Source of the DNA: an uncultured Clostridium sp.
Lineage (GTDB): Bacteria > Bacillota > Clostridia > TANB77 > CAG-465
Length of the DNA stretch: 64,000 nucleotides
Direction: 5' to 3'
NCBI GenBank assembly: GCA_947361355.1
Contig: CANAIR010000007.1
Span: 733-64,732 of the forward strand
Below the pieces are notes generated by a model. It was not told where the DNA came from and made no database searches. It worked only from the letters and a program-made list of their open reading frames with translations. The position numbers were made by a program, and so were the translations under genes. This document shows positions 20,072-31,296 of this stretch, in pieces. Position 1 is the stretch's first letter; each line of letters starts with the position of its first letter.

Positions 20072-21252
20072 TGTTTATACATAATTTTAAATATTCATTT
20101 AAAACTCTCTTTAGAAATAAAATGTTGATATTTTGGACCTTTGCTTTTCCAATAATATTAGGTACATTTTTTAATATGGCATTTTCAAATATTGAAAATA
20201 GTGAGAAATTAGAAGTGTTTGATATAGCAATTGTGGATAATGAACAATTTCAAACTAATAAATATTATAATGAAGCTTTCAAAATATTAAGTGATGATAA
20301 AAATGAGAATAAACTTTTTAATATAAATTATGTTATAGAAGATGAAGCTAAAAAATTGTTAAATGATGATGAAATAATAGGTTATATGATCTTAGAGGAA
20401 GATAGTCCTAAAGTAGTTGTTAAGAAAAGTGGAATAAATGAAACAGTATTAAAGCATGTAACTGAAGAAATAACACAGACTAGTAAAATCGTAGATAATA
20501 TATCAAAAGAAAAAATACAAGATGAAATACTAAAAGGAAATTATAATATAAATTTTGAAAAAATATATGAGGAAGTAGCTAAGTTAGCAAGTAACAATAG
20601 TGCTAATATAGAGGATATATCTAGTAAGAATTTGAGCTATACAATGATAGAGTTTTATACATTAATTGCTATGACTTGCTTATATGGAGGTATGCTTGGT
20701 ATGGTTGCAATTAATCAAAACTTACCAAATATGAGTAATATTGGAAAAAGGGTGGCTATTTCACCAACACCTAAATTAAAAATTGTTTTTAGTACACTAT
20801 TTGCTGGTTATATAACACAACTTATGGGTATTACCTTATTATTTTTATATACTATTTTTGTATTGAAAGTAGATTATGGAAGTAATATTTTACTAGTAAT
20901 TTTACTTGCAATTATTGGAAGTTTTGCTGGACTTGCAATGGGACTTGCAATAGGAACAGTTTTAAAAGCAAATGAGGGGATAAAAACTGGAATTATGATT
21001 ACAATAACTATGTTTGGCTGTTTTTTATCAGGAATGATGGGAATTACTATGAAATATATTGTTGATAAAAATATACCAATATTAAATAAAATAAATCCTG
21101 CAAGTATGATAACGGATGGACTTTATTCATTATATTATTATGATACTTTAGATAGATTTTATTTTAACATTATAAGTTTAATAATTTTTTCTGCTATTAT
21201 GATAATAATTTCTTATACTTGTTTAAGGAGGCAAAAATATGACAGTATTTAA
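20068..21252 (+). CDS. ABC-2 family permease
   Basis: N-terminal TM, large loop, five C-terminal TM helices; translationally coupled. Confidence 0.75.
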   Translation: MMFIHNFKYSFKTLFRNKMLIFWTFAFPIILGTFFNMAFSNIENSEKLEVFDIAIVDNEQFQTNKYYNEAFKILSDDKNENKLFNINYVIEDEAKKLLNDDEIIGYMILEEDSPKVVVKKSGINETVLKHVTEEITQTSKIVDNISKEKIQDEILKGNYNINFEKIYEEVAKLASNNSANIEDISSKNLSYTMIEFYTLIAMTCLYGGMLGMVAINQNLPNMSNIGKRVAISPTPKLKIVFSTLFAGYITQLMGITLLFLYTIFVLKVDYGSNILLVILLAIIGSFAGLAMGLAIGTVLKANEGIKTGIMITITMFGCFLSGMMGITMKYIVDKNIPILNKINPASMITDGLYSLYYYDTLDRFYFNIISLIIFSAIMIIISYTCLRRQKYDSI

Positions 21253-22387
21253 AGCATTTTTTAAAGTATTAAACAAATGTAAAGTAGTAGTTATAACATA
21301 TACAATATTTTTGATATTTTTTGGAGCATTTAATATGCAAACTAGTGATAATTCCGTAAATTTTGTTGCAAGTAAGCCTGATATATTGATAATAAATCAA
21401 GATAGTAATGAAAAAATAACTAAAAATTTATTAGAGTATATGAAAAAAAATAGTAATATAGTGAATATAAAAAATGATGAGCAATCTATAAATGATGCAC
21501 TCTTTTATAGGGATGTTAATTATATTATTTATGTACCTAAAAATTATGGTAAAGATTTTTTAGATGGAAAAAATCCTAAAATCCAGATAAAGAGTACAGG
21601 GGATTATCAGTCTTCCTTAGCAGATATGTTACTTAATAGGTATATTAATGTAGCAAATACATATTTAAAACAAATACAAAGTGAGGATGATTTAATAAAT
21701 AAGATAAATGAAACTTTAGAAAAGCAAACTTATGTGGAAATAACATCTAAATTAGATACAGATCATTTATCAAAAGTGGCCTTTTTTTATAATTTTTCAA
21801 GCTATAGTATCTTAGCTGGATGTGTATATGTAATATGTTTAATTTTATCTACATTTAATATTGAAAAAATAAAAAAGAGAACTATAATAAGTAGCATGAA
21901 TTACAAAGAGCATAATTTAAAATTATTCTTAGCCAATTGTTTATTTGCATTTTCATTATGGATAATATATGTATTATTAAGTTTTGTTTTAATAGGCAAT
22001 ATAATGTTTACAATACACGGAATAATTTATATTATAAATTCATTTATATTTACAATTTGTGCTGTAGCAATTGCATTTTTAATTGGTAATTTAGTAACAA
22101 ATAAAAATACCATAAATGGAATTGTAAATGTAGTAGCTCTTGGTTCAAGTTTTTTATGTGGTGCTTTTGTACCTATGGAATGGTTACCAAATACAGTATT
22201 AAAAATAGCGCATATTTTACCATCATATTACTATATAAAAAATAATGAAATCTTAAAAACATTAGAAATATTAAATCTTAAAACTTTGGAACCAGTATTT
22301 TTTAATATTCTAATTATATTAATATTTACATTTATGTTTATAATAATTACAAATATAGTTGCAAAAAGAAAAAGGAAGGTAGGTTAG
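21239..22387 (+). CDS. ABC-2 family permease (second subunit)
   Basis: Same architecture as the preceding gene; overlapping start. Confidence 0.75.
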   Translation: MTVFKAFFKVLNKCKVVVITYTIFLIFFGAFNMQTSDNSVNFVASKPDILIINQDSNEKITKNLLEYMKKNSNIVNIKNDEQSINDALFYRDVNYIIYVPKNYGKDFLDGKNPKIQIKSTGDYQSSLADMLLNRYINVANTYLKQIQSEDDLINKINETLEKQTYVEITSKLDTDHLSKVAFFYNFSSYSILAGCVYVICLILSTFNIEKIKKRTIISSMNYKEHNLKLFLANCLFAFSLWIIYVLLSFVLIGNIMFTIHGIIYIINSFIFTICAVAIAFLIGNLVTNKNTINGIVNVVALGSSFLCGAFVPMEWLPNTVLKIAHILPSYYYIKNNEILKTLEILNLKTLEPVFFNILIILIFTFMFIIITNIVAKRKRKVG

Positions 22388-22391
22388 TAAC

Positions 22392-22856
22392 TTGGAAATA
22401 AAAATTTTAAATAAAGAAAATATAGAAGAAATAATACCACTTAGAATTGCTTTGCAAATGGTAGATTTTGAAAATAATTTAGGAATAGAACAGGAAATAT
22501 TAGAAAATAGAACAAGACAATTTCTGAAAGAAAATTTAGGAAAAGATTTGTTTATGTATGGAGCATATGTAAATAAAAGGTTAGTTTCAATATGTGGCTT
22601 GATGATATTTAAGTATTTTCCTCAAGCAGATGATTTAAGTTGTAAAGTTGGATATATTACGTGTGTTTATACAAAAGATGAATATAGAAAAATGGGCTAT
22701 CAAAAAAAGGTGTTTGAAAAATGTATTGAGTATGGAAAAAGTCTTGGAATAAGTAGATTTAAACTTAGTACAAAAAATCCAGTTGCTATGAAAATGTATG
22801 AAAGTTTTGGATTTGTAGATGATATACATGCTAAAAAAATGAAAATTAGAAAATAG
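22392..22856 (+). CDS. GNAT-family N-acetyltransferase
   Basis: Acetyl-CoA site pattern YRKMGYQKKVFEKCIEYGKSLG; TTG start. Confidence 0.7.
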   Translation: MEIKILNKENIEEIIPLRIALQMVDFENNLGIEQEILENRTRQFLKENLGKDLFMYGAYVNKRLVSICGLMIFKYFPQADDLSCKVGYITCVYTKDEYRKMGYQKKVFEKCIEYGKSLGISRFKLSTKNPVAMKMYESFGFVDDIHAKKMKIRK

Positions 22857-23025
22857 TTTTTAGTTAAAAAAAAATGGATAATTAAAGTTTAGGTGATGAT
22901 TAAAAATAACTTAAAATATATTGTCCATTTTTTTCATTTTTAATAAGAAATAAAATAATAAAAAAATAGTTTAATTTATTAAAAAATTAGTTATAATATA
23001 TAGTGTAATTAAAGGAGATGTGAGA

Positions 23026-23802
23026 ATGCAACTTTTAATAGGTTTATTAATTCCATTTTTAGGTACAGTTCTTGGAAGTGGTATGGTATTTTTTATGAAA
23101 GATAAAATAAATGTAAAATTAGAAAAGCTACTTTTGGGATTTGCATCTGGTGTAATGATAGCAGCTTCAATATGGTCACTTTTGATACCAGCTATTGATA
23201 TGTCCAGTGAATATGGTGATTTTTCATGGTTGCCAGCTGCAGTAGGTTTTTTATTTGGTGTATTTTTTCTTTTAATACTTGATAGTATAATCCCACATTT
23301 ACATATAGATACAGATAAACCAGAAGGAATTAGTGTTAAATTTAAAAGAGCTACTATGCTAGTTTTAGCTGTTACACTTCACAATATTCCAGAGGGAATG
23401 GCTGTTGGAGTTGTATTTGCTAGTGCATTATCTGGTAGTACTAATATACCGCTAGCAGCAGCTTTTGTGCTTGCTATAGGAATAGCAATTCAAAATTTTC
23501 CAGAAGGTGCAATAATATCTATGCCATTAAAATCTGAAGGAATTTCAAAAACAAAAGCTTTTTTCTATGGTGTATTATCAGCAATAGTTGAGCCATTTGG
23601 GGCAATTTTAACGATATTATTAACAAGCTTTATTACAAATGTATTACCATATTTTTTAGCATTTGCAGCAGGAGCAATGATTTATGTTGTTGTTGAAGAG
23701 TTGGTACCAGAGTCACAAAAGGGGGAACATTCAAATATAGGAACAATAGGTGTTGCAATGGGTTTTATACTAATGATGGTACTTGATGTAGCTTTGGGGT
23801 AG
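23026..23802 (+). CDS. ZIP-family divalent metal transporter (ZupT-like)
   Basis: HNIPEGMAVG and QNFPEG motifs, 8 TM; ATG 23026 has better RBS spacing than the track GTG at 23020. Confidence 0.85.
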   Translation: MQLLIGLLIPFLGTVLGSGMVFFMKDKINVKLEKLLLGFASGVMIAASIWSLLIPAIDMSSEYGDFSWLPAAVGFLFGVFFLLILDSIIPHLHIDTDKPEGISVKFKRATMLVLAVTLHNIPEGMAVGVVFASALSGSTNIPLAAAFVLAIGIAIQNFPEGAIISMPLKSEGISKTKAFFYGVLSAIVEPFGAILTILLTSFITNVLPYFLAFAAGAMIYVVVEELVPESQKGEHSNIGTIGVAMGFILMMVLDVALG

Positions 23803-23987
23803 AGGATAAAATAGATGAATGTATCATAATAAGTATAAATTGTTTATGATTTATAGTGAGAATATTATCACAAATAAATATATGTATAAAGTAAATCAAT
23901 TGACATAATATGTAACTTGTGATATAATATTAATGTAGTTATTATTATAAATTCCATATAATATTGGAAAAACAGGAGGAAATAATT

Positions 23988-24566
23988 ATGAACAAAAATT
24001 TTTTTAATCGGAACAAAGGAATGGTTTTTGCAGTTATAGGTGTGGTAGTTTTTGCGTTTTGTATTTTTGCTGTTTCAATGAGTGTAAAAACGCAGGCAAA
24101 AAGGCTTGAAAATGCTGTTGAGACAGCGGCTTCAGACATAACAATCGTAGAAAAAGAAAGAACGGACAAACTGGATCTTATGTTTGGTGCTGTAAAAGCT
24201 ACTTCAAACCATGAAAAAGAAGTAACTAAACTTGTTACATCAGCAAGAGCTAATCTTTCTGACTCCAATATTGGTGGTGCATATAAGGAAATTGAAAAAG
24301 CTACCAACATTATAGTAGAAAGTTATCCAGAAGTAACAGCAACTGAAGCATATATGGAGTTTATGACAGCTTCAGCTACCTCAGAAGCTAAGATTTCGTC
24401 ACATAGGACAAATTATAATGCTTCCGTTAGAAATTATAATGATTTTATTGATGGAGCATTTAATAGTATATTTCTTGGAATTTCTGGATATCAAAAAAAG
24501 GAGTTAGAGTTACTCGATTTTGGAAAGATATACGAAGATCCAAAGGAGTATAGCTGGGAGGATTAA
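23988..24566 (+). CDS. LemA-family protein
   Basis: Single N-terminal TM plus a helical domain with LemA-like pattern; ATG 23988 follows AGGAGG. Confidence 0.7.
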   Translation: MNKNFFNRNKGMVFAVIGVVVFAFCIFAVSMSVKTQAKRLENAVETAASDITIVEKERTDKLDLMFGAVKATSNHEKEVTKLVTSARANLSDSNIGGAYKEIEKATNIIVESYPEVTATEAYMEFMTASATSEAKISSHRTNYNASVRNYNDFIDGAFNSIFLGISGYQKKELELLDFGKIYEDPKEYSWED

Positions 24567-24567
24567 G

Positions 24568-25419
24568 GTGAAAAAAAATAGGTTTAGTCATAATCTTTAT
24601 GATAGTGAAATAACTAGAGGAGAAATTATTGTAGTTGGCATAGCATTTATAATTTGGACAGCTTTATGTATTGTTGTTAATTTAAACATTACTAATAATA
24701 CTTTAAAGAAAAACGAAAAGTATTATAAATCAATAAAAATTGACAACGATGAAAAAATATTTAAATATGCTATGAAAGCAGATGAAGGTAATGCTTTGGT
24801 TTATGGTACAGTTAAAGCTATTGATACTGTAACACTTCCAGAAATAGTTGGAGAATATATGGCTATAAAAGTGGAAGTAGAACGGTATAACCAATACTCT
24901 AGAGAAGTGGAGGACAAAAATGAAGATGGAGAAGTAATAGGATCTCATATAGAAACTTGGGAAGAATGGAATTATGAAACATCCCATTTATACACCAGTA
25001 AATGTGTAAAGTTTCTTGGAGCAGATTTTCCTTATTCAAAATTTAGAATTAACAATTATAAAATTTTGGATTTGGATAAAAATATTTCAAAAGAACTTTT
25101 GTCAAAAGTTCGCTTTAATATGTTGTATGAATATGATCATTTTTTTGACTCTGTTGGTGATCTTAGATATACTTTTTATGTTGTACCTACAGAAGTGAAT
25201 ATAACAGCGTTTGGAAATTTGCGTGAAAATAATATGTTTAATGTTAATTTGCGTGAAAGACCAGTGGAAGTACATTACTGTACAATACCAAAAGTAATAG
25301 AAAAATTAGAGAATGGGAAAAAAGTACCAAATGTTATTTTTACTATTATTTGGTATATAGCTTTTATTGGCGGAGCATATTATTTTGTAATGCAAAGAAA
25401 TAAATGGGCTGACATGTAA
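24568..25419 (+). CDS. Two-TM membrane protein partnered with LemA (GIDE-like, tentative)
   Basis: GTG 24568 after GGAGG, immediately after the LemA stop; TM helices at both ends. Confidence 0.5.
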   Translation: MKKNRFSHNLYDSEITRGEIIVVGIAFIIWTALCIVVNLNITNNTLKKNEKYYKSIKIDNDEKIFKYAMKADEGNALVYGTVKAIDTVTLPEIVGEYMAIKVEVERYNQYSREVEDKNEDGEVIGSHIETWEEWNYETSHLYTSKCVKFLGADFPYSKFRINNYKILDLDKNISKELLSKVRFNMLYEYDHFFDSVGDLRYTFYVVPTEVNITAFGNLRENNMFNVNLRERPVEVHYCTIPKVIEKLENGKKVPNVIFTIIWYIAFIGGAYYFVMQRNKWADM

Positions 25420-25431
25420 ATACAAAAAAAT

Positions 25432-25475
25432 AAAAAGTTAAAACTTTTAATTAAGTTTTAACTTTTTATTTTTTT
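25432..25475 (+). terminator. Intrinsic terminator
   Basis: AAAAAGTTAAAACTT pairs with AAGTTTTAACTTTTT, then a T-run. Confidence 0.8.
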
Positions 25476-25624
25476 GTAATTTAGCTTTAATTTTTTGATA
25501 TAATCATTAAATAAAATAAAAAAGTTAATACACATTTACATAATTTTATTAAAATCATTGACAACAATCAAAAATAAATATATAATGAAGAAATAGAAAA
25601 TTTAGCTGTTATAAGGAGTTAGGA

Positions 25625-28600
25625 ATGTTAATTAATCCAGATGAAATAAATAAATTACTTTCAATAACTAAAAGTGAAATATCATATAGAGGAAAAAAAT
25701 ACTTTGAACGCTCAAAAGTAAAAGCAATAAGCTTTGACTATAATTTAGATACTGATTATGAAGCTATATCTAATGTAGAGGGAACATACATATATACAGT
25801 AAAAATAAAGAAAAATGATAGAAATATAACATTTAATTGTGATTGCCAATATTCAAAGCAACAAAGTGATCCATGTAAACATGTAGTTGCAACGTTGTTT
25901 AATATGTATATAAATAGTGATGAATATTTTAAATTGTGTAATAAAAGTGAAAAAATAGATATAAATAAGCTTTTAGATACTGAGTATAAAAAGTCAAAAG
26001 ATGGTGAAAAATTTGAGGCAAATATTATAAAAAATAACCTTATAGAGTATTATGAAAATTTAGAATTTCAAAACTTTTATAATGATGATCAAAAAATAAA
26101 TCTAGTTCCATGTTTTGAATTGTTTAGTTTTAGAGGGGCAAATTTAAAAGTTAAATTTAAGATAGGAAAAGATAGATTATATATATTAAAGGATGTTTTT
26201 CAATTTGCAGAGAATATTAAAAATAAGGAAAATTTTCAATATGGGAAAAATTTAAAATTTGTTCATAAAATTGATAATTTTTCTGAAGATTCAAAAGAAC
26301 TTGCAAAATTTATATATAATTTTGGAATGCAATATAATTGTTTTAATAATATTTCTAAATATGGTTTTAGTATTGAAAAAGAATTTAGGTCAAGTATAGA
26401 TTTAAAATATTCAATGCTTGATGAATTTTTTAATATTGCAAAAAAAATAACATCTGGAATAGCAGTTGAGGGGTATTTACCTAAATATCCATTAATAAAA
26501 TTAGTTGAAGACGATCCAATTTTTAAATTTGAAATAGTTGATAATGAAAATATTGGATTAAATATTATTAATTTTGAAAAAGGAAAATACCATATATTTG
26601 AAGGACAAGAAACAATATATATATTATATAAGGATAAGTTACACAAATGTAGTAAAGAGTTTAAAGAGAGTCTTTATCCATTATTAAAAGATTTTGAAAA
26701 TAAAAGAACAGATTGTATAAAATTTGATGAAAAATATGCAACTAGTTTGTGTGAATACTTAATTCCAAAAATATCTAAGAAATCTGAAATTAAAATAGAT
26801 GAAAAAATAAGAGAAAAATATAAAGCAGAAAAATTAGCTACAAAAATTTATTTAGATATAAATGAAGCTTCAGATATTGTTGCAAATGTAAAATTTTGTT
26901 ATGATGATATTGAATTTAATCCTTTTGATAAGAATATAAGCGTTTTTAAAAATAGGAACAAAATTTCTGAATCAAAGGTAATGTCATTATTTAAGGAATA
27001 TAATTTTTTAATAGATGAAAAAAAAGCTAATATATTTTTAAGTTCAGAAGATGATATATACAGATTTCTTGTAGAAGGCATTAATATATTTATGCAAAAA
27101 TTTGAAGTATTAGTAACTGATAAACTAAAAAATAGGCAAATTATTAATACAAAGAATATAAATATAGGAGTTAGGCTAAAAAATGATTTGTTAAGTTTGG
27201 ATTTTGAAAATTTAGATTTATCTGAAAGTGACTTAAAAGAAATATTCAAAAGATATAAAGTAAAAAGAAAGTACTATAGATTAAAGGATGGTTCATTTAT
27301 AAACTTAGAATCATCAGGTATAGATACTTTATCAAAATTAAATGAAAATTTAGGAATTAGTGAAAAAGATATTGCATCAAAAAAGATACAGTTACCAAAG
27401 TATAGGGCTATATATTTAGATAATTTATCAAAACAGGATGATAATATCAATTGGAAAAAAGAAGCTAAGTTTAAGGAAATAATAAAAGATATAAAGGAAG
27501 TAGCAGATGCAGATTTTAAACTACCTAATAATTTAAATGCTTCTTTAAGGTCATATCAAAAAACAGGTTATAATTGGTTAAAAACATTAGATAAGTATGG
27601 ATTTGGTGGAATACTTGCTGATGATATGGGATTAGGAAAAACTTTACAAATTATAGCTATTTTACAAAGTGAAAAGCAAAAATATAATAAAAAGATAAAT
27701 ACTAAAGAAGAAAATTTATTACATACTTCAATAGTAGTATGTCCAAGTTCTTTATATATAAACTGGAAAAAAGAAATAAATAAATTTGCTCCAGAATTAA
27801 AAATATTAATAGTATCAGGTAGTGCAAGTGTAAGAGAAGAACTTATAAAACAATCATGTAATTATGACGTAGTTATAACTTCATATGATTTGTTAAAACG
27901 TGATATTGATTTTTATGAAAAAATTGAATTTAGATATGCTATTGCAGATGAGGCTCAGTATATAAAAAATAACAATACCCAAAATGCAAAATCTTTAAAA
28001 AAATTAAATGCAGTTACAAGATTTGCACTTACAGGTACACCAATAGAAAACTCACTTGCAGAACTTTGGTCTATATTTGATTTTGTAATGCCAGGTTATC
28101 TTTTTTCATATAAAAAATTCAAAGAAAACTATGAATTACCAATTATTAAAGATAGTGATGAAAATACTACATTAAGATTACAAAAATTAGTTGCACCATT
28201 TATTCTTAGACGTATTAAAAAAGAAGTATTAAAAGAGTTACCAGATAAAACTGAAAGTATAATGTATAGTCAAATGGAAGAAAAACAAGAAAAATTATAT
28301 TTATCTTATCTTAATAAAGCAAAAGAAGAAATAAAACAGGAATTTGATACTAATGGATTTGAAAAAAGCAGAATAAAAATACTTTCAGTTATAACAAGAC
28401 TTAGACAACTTTGTTGCCATCCATCATTGTTTATAGAAAACTATGATGGAAATAGCTCAAAATTAGAGCAATGTATTCAAATAATAAAAGACGCTATATC
28501 ATCTAATCATAAAATTCTTTTATTTTCAGGATTTACATCAATGCTTGATATAATAGCAAAAGAGCTTAAAAAAAATGGAATTGAATATGATATGCTTACA

Positions 28601-28969
28601 GGAAATACAAAAGTTGACACTAGAGTACAAATGGTAGATGAATTCAATAATTCAAATAATATAAAAGTATTTTTAATTTCACTTAAAGCAGGTGGAACTG
28701 GTCTTAATTTAATAGGAGCAGATATGGTAATACACTATGATCCATGGTGGAATTTATCAGCACAAAATCAAGCAACAGATAGAGCATACAGAATAGGTCA
28801 AAAAAATAATGTACAAGTATTTAAACTTATAGCTCAAAATTCAATAGAAGAAAAAATAATAACTCTTCAAAACAAAAAAATAGATTTAACCAATTCTATT
28901 ATTTCAGAAAAAGAAACATTCATAAACAAAATGTCAAAAGAGGAAATACTAGATTTATTTGATATATAA
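25625..28969 (+). CDS. SNF2-family helicase with N-terminal SWIM zinc finger
   Basis: CDCQYSKQQSDPCKHV (SWIM); LADDMGLGKT, DEAQYIKN, and helicase C motifs (QATDRAYRIGQ). Confidence 0.9.
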   Translation: MLINPDEINKLLSITKSEISYRGKKYFERSKVKAISFDYNLDTDYEAISNVEGTYIYTVKIKKNDRNITFNCDCQYSKQQSDPCKHVVATLFNMYINSDEYFKLCNKSEKIDINKLLDTEYKKSKDGEKFEANIIKNNLIEYYENLEFQNFYNDDQKINLVPCFELFSFRGANLKVKFKIGKDRLYILKDVFQFAENIKNKENFQYGKNLKFVHKIDNFSEDSKELAKFIYNFGMQYNCFNNISKYGFSIEKEFRSSIDLKYSMLDEFFNIAKKITSGIAVEGYLPKYPLIKLVEDDPIFKFEIVDNENIGLNIINFEKGKYHIFEGQETIYILYKDKLHKCSKEFKESLYPLLKDFENKRTDCIKFDEKYATSLCEYLIPKISKKSEIKIDEKIREKYKAEKLATKIYLDINEASDIVANVKFCYDDIEFNPFDKNISVFKNRNKISESKVMSLFKEYNFLIDEKKANIFLSSEDDIYRFLVEGINIFMQKFEVLVTDKLKNRQIINTKNINIGVRLKNDLLSLDFENLDLSESDLKEIFKRYKVKRKYYRLKDGSFINLESSGIDTLSKLNENLGISEKDIASKKIQLPKYRAIYLDNLSKQDDNINWKKEAKFKEIIKDIKEVADADFKLPNNLNASLRSYQKTGYNWLKTLDKYGFGGILADDMGLGKTLQIIAILQSEKQKYNKKINTKEENLLHTSIVVCPSSLYINWKKEINKFAPELKILIVSGSASVREELIKQSCNYDVVITSYDLLKRDIDFYEKIEFRYAIADEAQYIKNNNTQNAKSLKKLNAVTRFALTGTPIENSLAELWSIFDFVMPGYLFSYKKFKENYELPIIKDSDENTTLRLQKLVAPFILRRIKKEVLKELPDKTESIMYSQMEEKQEKLYLSYLNKAKEEIKQEFDTNGFEKSRIKILSVITRLRQLCCHPSLFIENYDGNSSKLEQCIQIIKDAISSNHKILLFSGFTSMLDIIAKELKKNGIEYDMLTGNTKVDTRVQMVDEFNNSNNIKVFLISLKAGGTGLNLIGADMVIHYDPWWNLSAQNQATDRAYRIGQKNNVQVFKLIAQNSIEEKIITLQNKKIDLTNSIISEKETFINKMSKEEILDLFDI

Positions 28970-29090
28970 TAAGGGTTGGTTTTGTAAAAAATATATTTTG
29001 ATATAAAATTGGTGCAGATTTTTAACAACCTGCACCTTGTTTGTTGCAAAATAATGTCGTGTTTTGTCAACCAGTTGTTTGAAAAAAGGC

Positions 29091-29119
29091 TTGATTTTAA
29101 GTGGTTTGAGTGATATAAT
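29091..29119 (+). promoter_or_regulatory. Sigma-A type promoter of the element RNA (copy B)
   Basis: TTGATT, 17 nt, TGaTATAAT. Confidence 0.6.
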
Positions 29120-29130
29120 ATAGAAAATTA

Positions 29131-29245
29131 ATGCTGTGGGGCACACAGTTTAAGCAAGTAGTAGCCTATATATAGGTATGCTTGAAGTCTAGAAATAGAT
29201 ATGTCACAAAAGCAACCCGTAGGGAATAGAGTTTGGTCTATTAAA
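29131..29245 (+). ncRNA. Conserved structured RNA or leader (copy B)
   Basis: Homologous to 231-345. Differences fall as compensatory pairs (A29156:T29183 versus G257:C284) and a re-paired apical stem. Confidence 0.6.
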
Positions 29246-29609
29246 TATAAATTATAGTTTTTAATCAGAATGATTTTATCAAAAAGTTAAAATACAAAAA
29301 TAGGTCATATTAAAAAAGGTGATATGATATTATTGTTGTTTTATAAGTAATTTGTTCATTATGTAAATATGTGTGTTCAGCAAAAATGTGATGGTATAAA
29401 GTGTAGTAGTATAAATATTTTAAAATTAAATTCAAAAGTGTTGAAAAAATAAAAAGTATGTTATCAAATATATTTGAAAAGTATGAACTCTAATATGTAA
29501 ATAAAAAGAGCAGTAAATATGAATAAACTGCACACAGGTGTTATGTACATAAGAAAGTATTATTTTTTTATGTAAATTTGTAAGAAATGTAAATAAAAAT
29601 AGATATATG

Positions 29610-29654
29610 AACCTAGTTAAGGGAAGTAAGTTCCTTTAGCTAGGTTTTGTGTGT
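29610..29654 (+). terminator. 16-bp stem hairpin plus U-rich tail in the element right-end module
   Basis: AACCTAGTTAAGGGAA (29610-29625) pairs with TTCCTTTAGCTAGGTT (29631-29646), then TTGTGTGT. Confidence 0.65.
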
Positions 29655-29860
29655 CTTAATAAGAAAAAATGTAGGAGGGACAGCATGAAAATTATAAATA
29701 AAAATAGTATGAAAAGATTTTTTTACAAAACCAACCCTATGAGATGGAGGAAAAACAAATTTTGCTAAAACTAGATAAATTATTTATGTGGGTGTAGCAT
29801 ATTTCTACAATAATTTTATATTATTTATAGTATAACTGTATGTGTAAGAGGGGTGAATCT

Positions 29861-30754
29861 ATGTTAGATGAAATTTTGAAAATATTGCCAGAGAAAATAT
29901 CGAATGAAATATTAAATGTAGGTTCAAATAATAAAATAACGGAGATAAGACTTAGGGTAAATAAAAGAATAATTGTTATAACATCAAATATTGAAGTTTT
30001 TTTAAATTATATAATTAGTTTAAATGACTTGCTAGAGATATTAGTAAGAGTTTCAAAAAATTCGTTATATGCTATACAAAATGATATAAATAATGGATTT
30101 GTAGTAATAAATGGTGGTCATAGGATTGGTATATGTGGTGAAGTTGTTTTTCAGGATGGAAAGATAAGAAATGTAAAAAATATAAATAGTATGAATATTA
30201 GGGTTAGTAGGCAACTTATTGGGTGCGCTGATAAACTTATGGAAAATATTATAGAAAATCAAACTTTGAAGAATACTCTTATAGTTTCACCTCCTGGTTG
30301 TGGTAAGACAACTATGTTAAGAGACGTAGTAAGACAAGTAAGTAATGGTGTGAAAAGATTAAATTTTTATGGAAAAAATGTGGGATTAGTAGATGAGCGT
30401 GGCGAAATAGCTTCTGTTTCAAATGGCATATCAAATTTAGATGTTGGAATGAGAACTGATATAATGTCAAATTGTCCAAAATATACTGGAATGGAAATGC
30501 TTGTAAGAAGTATGGGGATTTCAGTAATTGCAACAGATGAAATAGGTGGAAAAAATGATTTAGAAGCAATAAAATATGCAGCTTTAAGTGGAGTAAAACT
30601 TGTATTTACTATGCACGGTAAAAGCTTAGAAGATATAAAAAGAAAAAATGGTATAAATGAGCTAATGAATGAAGGATTGTTTGAAAAAGTAGTGATATTA
30701 TCTAATGAAAGTGGTGTTCCAGGTAAAATAGATAAAATTCATAGTATAAATTAG
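29861..30754 (+). CDS. spoIIIAA: Stage III sporulation protein AA (ATPase)
   Basis: Walker A SPPGCGKTT; first gene of a syntenic eight-gene spoIIIA operon; ATG 29861 follows AGGGGTG. Confidence 0.9.
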   Translation: MLDEILKILPEKISNEILNVGSNNKITEIRLRVNKRIIVITSNIEVFLNYIISLNDLLEILVRVSKNSLYAIQNDINNGFVVINGGHRIGICGEVVFQDGKIRNVKNINSMNIRVSRQLIGCADKLMENIIENQTLKNTLIVSPPGCGKTTMLRDVVRQVSNGVKRLNFYGKNVGLVDERGEIASVSNGISNLDVGMRTDIMSNCPKYTGMEMLVRSMGISVIATDEIGGKNDLEAIKYAALSGVKLVFTMHGKSLEDIKRKNGINELMNEGLFEKVVILSNESGVPGKIDKIHSIN

Positions 30755-30764
30755 GAGGGCGTTT

Positions 30765-31283
30765 ATGGTAGCTGTAAAAATTGTTATATCTTTTATGATT
30801 GTTATATTATCAACATATATTGGAATTATTAAGTCGAATAAATTGAAATCTCGAGAATACATTTTAAGGGAAATGGTAACATTTTTGGGATTAGTGGAAA
30901 ATGATATAAGATATATGATGAATATACTTCCTAATATATACGAAAGTGCAAGACAAAAGTTAAGCACTGAACTTAAAAATGTTATGGGAAAAATTGTTGT
31001 TGATATGTTAAAAAATAATGAAACAGGATTAATAGAGCAGAGTATAGTAAATAACGTATCAAAACTAGATTCGTTAAACGACTATGATAAAAATGTTTTT
31101 ATTTCTACTTTAAAAAGTCTTGGAAAAAGTGATTTGGAATCACAAATAAGTATTATAGAAAATGGAATAAATATATTACAAAATCAGATCAAAGAAGCCA
31201 ATGATACTAAAATGAAAAATTCAAAGTTGTATAAGACTGTTGGAACAATTACTGGAATAATGATAGTGGTTATATTTATATAG
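30765..31283 (+). CDS. spoIIIAB: Stage III sporulation protein AB
   Basis: Position, size (172 aa), terminal TM helices. Confidence 0.85.
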   Translation: MVAVKIVISFMIVILSTYIGIIKSNKLKSREYILREMVTFLGLVENDIRYMMNILPNIYESARQKLSTELKNVMGKIVVDMLKNNETGLIEQSIVNNVSKLDSLNDYDKNVFISTLKSLGKSDLESQISIIENGINILQNQIKEANDTKMKNSKLYKTVGTITGIMIVVIFI

Positions 31284-31296
31284 GGGGACTTGGGTT

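Larger units (their letters stand above)
28973..29736 (+). mobile_element. Gene-less (MITE-like) copy B of the GGGTTGG-IR element
   Basis: GGGTTGGTTTTGTAAAAA at 28973-28990 and its reverse complement at 29719-29736. Contains hairpin 29011-29035, promoter, conserved RNA and hairpin 29610-29646; no ORF over 30 codons with an RBS. Confidence 0.7.
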
